Shown one piece after another: positions 23,812 to 25,296 of a stretch of DNA of 25,296 nucleotides. The notes under the pieces were generated by a model. It had not been told where the DNA came from and ran no database searches. It saw only the letters and a program-made list of their open reading frames with translations. The DNA is from a virus (Duplodnaviria; Caudoviricetes): IMG/VR virus record IMGVR_UViG_3300046813_000016, positions 1 through 25,296 of that record. One strand, written 5' to 3'. Both the position numbers and the translations under genes were made by a program. The first letter of the stretch is position 1, and each line of letters starts with the position of its first letter.

Positions 23812-25296
23812 GTGATCCCAGCCAGTCAGCTTGATCCTCGGATGGTGAGCGGCCTAGGCCAGTACCTGAGGCGCGAGATTACTCAGGCGCTGAACGACAG
23901 GGCACCTCTGGAGGCACGCTGGAATCGGTATTTGGCAGCATATCGCGCGCTGCCGATGGTAACAGAGAAGCGCTTTCCCTTCGATGGGGCAGCGAATCTT
24001 ACGATTCCTGTCATCGCCACTGACGTTGACACAGTGTTCAGCCGTCTGATGGGTATCCTGTTTGCAGCGGATAACCTCTGGAGCTGCAAGCCACTGAACG
24101 ATCGGATGGTGGAGTTTGCACCACGACTGCAGGAGTTTCTGGCCTGGGCTCAGGATGCAGAGCTCAATGCCTATCCGGCAGTAGCTGACTGGCTGATGGA
24201 GAAGTGCAAGCTCGGAACTGGCATTCTCAAGACTCGCTATACTCGTGAGTCGAAGCGGGTCTACCAGTTTCGGGAAACTGATCAGGGTACGGTCGAGCAG
24301 ATTACACAGCTGCTGATCAAGGATCACCCTGTCATCCAGCATGTCAGTATCTTTGATTTCCTGATTCCAGCATCATCCTGGGATATTCAGCAAGCTCCTT
24401 GGGTAGGTGAGCGGCTGACACTATCCTGGGGACAGTTGCAGAATCGGGTGGCTGCTGGACTGTACCAGAATGTTCAGAACCTCGGCTCATGGATGGCGAG
24501 GGAACGAGCAGCTGGTCAGACACAGGTCATGGAGTCGCTCGATGCATATCAGCCCAGCCTTGCTGATAAGTTCGAGCTCTGGGAGTGCTGGCTGGACTAC
24601 GACATCGGAGGGAATGGCGAGCCGATGGCGGTAGTCTGTACCTACCATCTCCCAACGATGTCGCTGCTGCGTATCGACTATAATCCCTTCTTCAATCAGG
24701 ATAAGCCGTATGCAGACAGCCGGTACCTGCGCCAAGAGAAGCGCTTCTATGGGATTGGTCTGTGCGAGATGCTCGATCAGTTTCAGGATGAAATCTCTAC
24801 GATGCACAACCAGCGTCTCGACAATGCTACGCTGGCGAACAGCACAATGTTTAAGGCTCGTAAGGGAATCGGCATCAAGCAGGATGAGCCGATCTTTCCG
24901 GGTCGCTGGTTCCTGCTGGATGATCTGAATGATGTTCAGACCATGTCGATGGGTCAGCGCTATGACTCCACTGTTCCGTATGAGCAGCTGTCGCTGAGCT
25001 ATGCAACGCGACGGACTGGTGTAACGGACTATGTGAGTGGCGCAGACAACCCGTCGATTGGCTACGGTACCGCGACGACAGCAGTTCAGCAGCTGCGTGA
25101 GGGTACTAAGCGCTTCGATCAAGTACTGCGGGAATGCCGGCGATGTCTGGGTATCGTTGGAACTCAGGTTGTAGAGCTCTATCAGCAGTTCAATCAGCAC
25201 GGCAAGGAATATCTGGCAATGGGCCAGAAGGATGGAGCTGCGGTCCATCAGATTCTGCAATTCCCGCTGGAGCTGATTCGTGCGAGTGTGGGTATC
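23812..25296 (+). CDS. Portal protein (podovirus-like); runs off the window
   Basis: Missing from the ORF track. Open frame from GTG 23812: ..EARWNRY..FPFDGAANLTIP..LGTGILK..FYGIGLCEML..MHNQRLDN..TAT; follows TerL. Confidence 0.87.
   Translation, partial: MIPASQLDPRMVSGLGQYLRREITQALNDRAPLEARWNRYLAAYRALPMVTEKRFPFDGAANLTIPVIATDVDTVFSRLMGILFAADNLWSCKPLNDRMVEFAPRLQEFLAWAQDAELNAYPAVADWLMEKCKLGTGILKTRYTRESKRVYQFRETDQGTVEQITQLLIKDHPVIQHVSIFDFLIPASSWDIQQAPWVGERLTLSWGQLQNRVAAGLYQNVQNLGSWMARERAAGQTQVMESLDAYQPSLADKFELWECWLDYDIGGNGEPMAVVCTYHLPTMSLLRIDYNPFFNQDKPYADSRYLRQEKRFYGIGLCEMLDQFQDEISTMHNQRLDNATLANSTMFKARKGIGIKQDEPIFPGRWFLLDDLNDVQTMSMGQRYDSTVPYEQLSLSYATRRTGVTDYVSGADNPSIGYGTATTAVQQLREGTKRFDQVLRECRRCLGIVGTQVVELYQQFNQHGKEYLAMGQKDGAAVHQILQFPLELIRASVGI

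Noticed and set aside
23854-25260. Minus-strand ORFs of 162 and 257 aa
   Set aside because: Antisense to the portal frame, which the ORF track missed because it is open at the edge.
1-25296. Alternative genetic code, DGR/retron, integrase or intron/intein
   Set aside because: Genes tile densely in the standard code; no reverse transcriptase, recombinase catalytic or splicing motifs were seen in this window.

Overview
A 25.3-kb piece of a tailed dsDNA phage (or prophage) genome with two divergent arms. The minus-strand arm (1..~17820) carries the replication and DNA-metabolism genes: a family-A DNA polymerase with an N-terminal uracil-DNA-glycosylase domain (runs off the left edge), a ParB-methyltransferase fusion, a macro domain, an SSB-like protein, an AAA ATPase, GroES and a Cas4-like exonuclease. 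It also holds about 30 small early genes, including DUF4406, nucleotidyltransferase and SLOG proteins. The plus-strand arm (18537..end) encodes a probable small terminase, a DUF1906 lysin, the large terminase, holin-like proteins and a portal (runs off the right edge). The most unusual signals are mainly non-coding. A 21-bp palindrome CTAATTAC-N5-GTAATTAG occurs at eight sites in both arms, three times on top of a translation start. There is also a ~70-bp inverted repeat centred on an A12 run, a candidate pseudoknotted RNA, a tRNA-minihelix-like hairpin and GCAWAATGCRA repeats. One coding oddity is an orphan copy of the PolA fingers/O-helix. All product calls come from motifs recognised by eye; no database searches were run.
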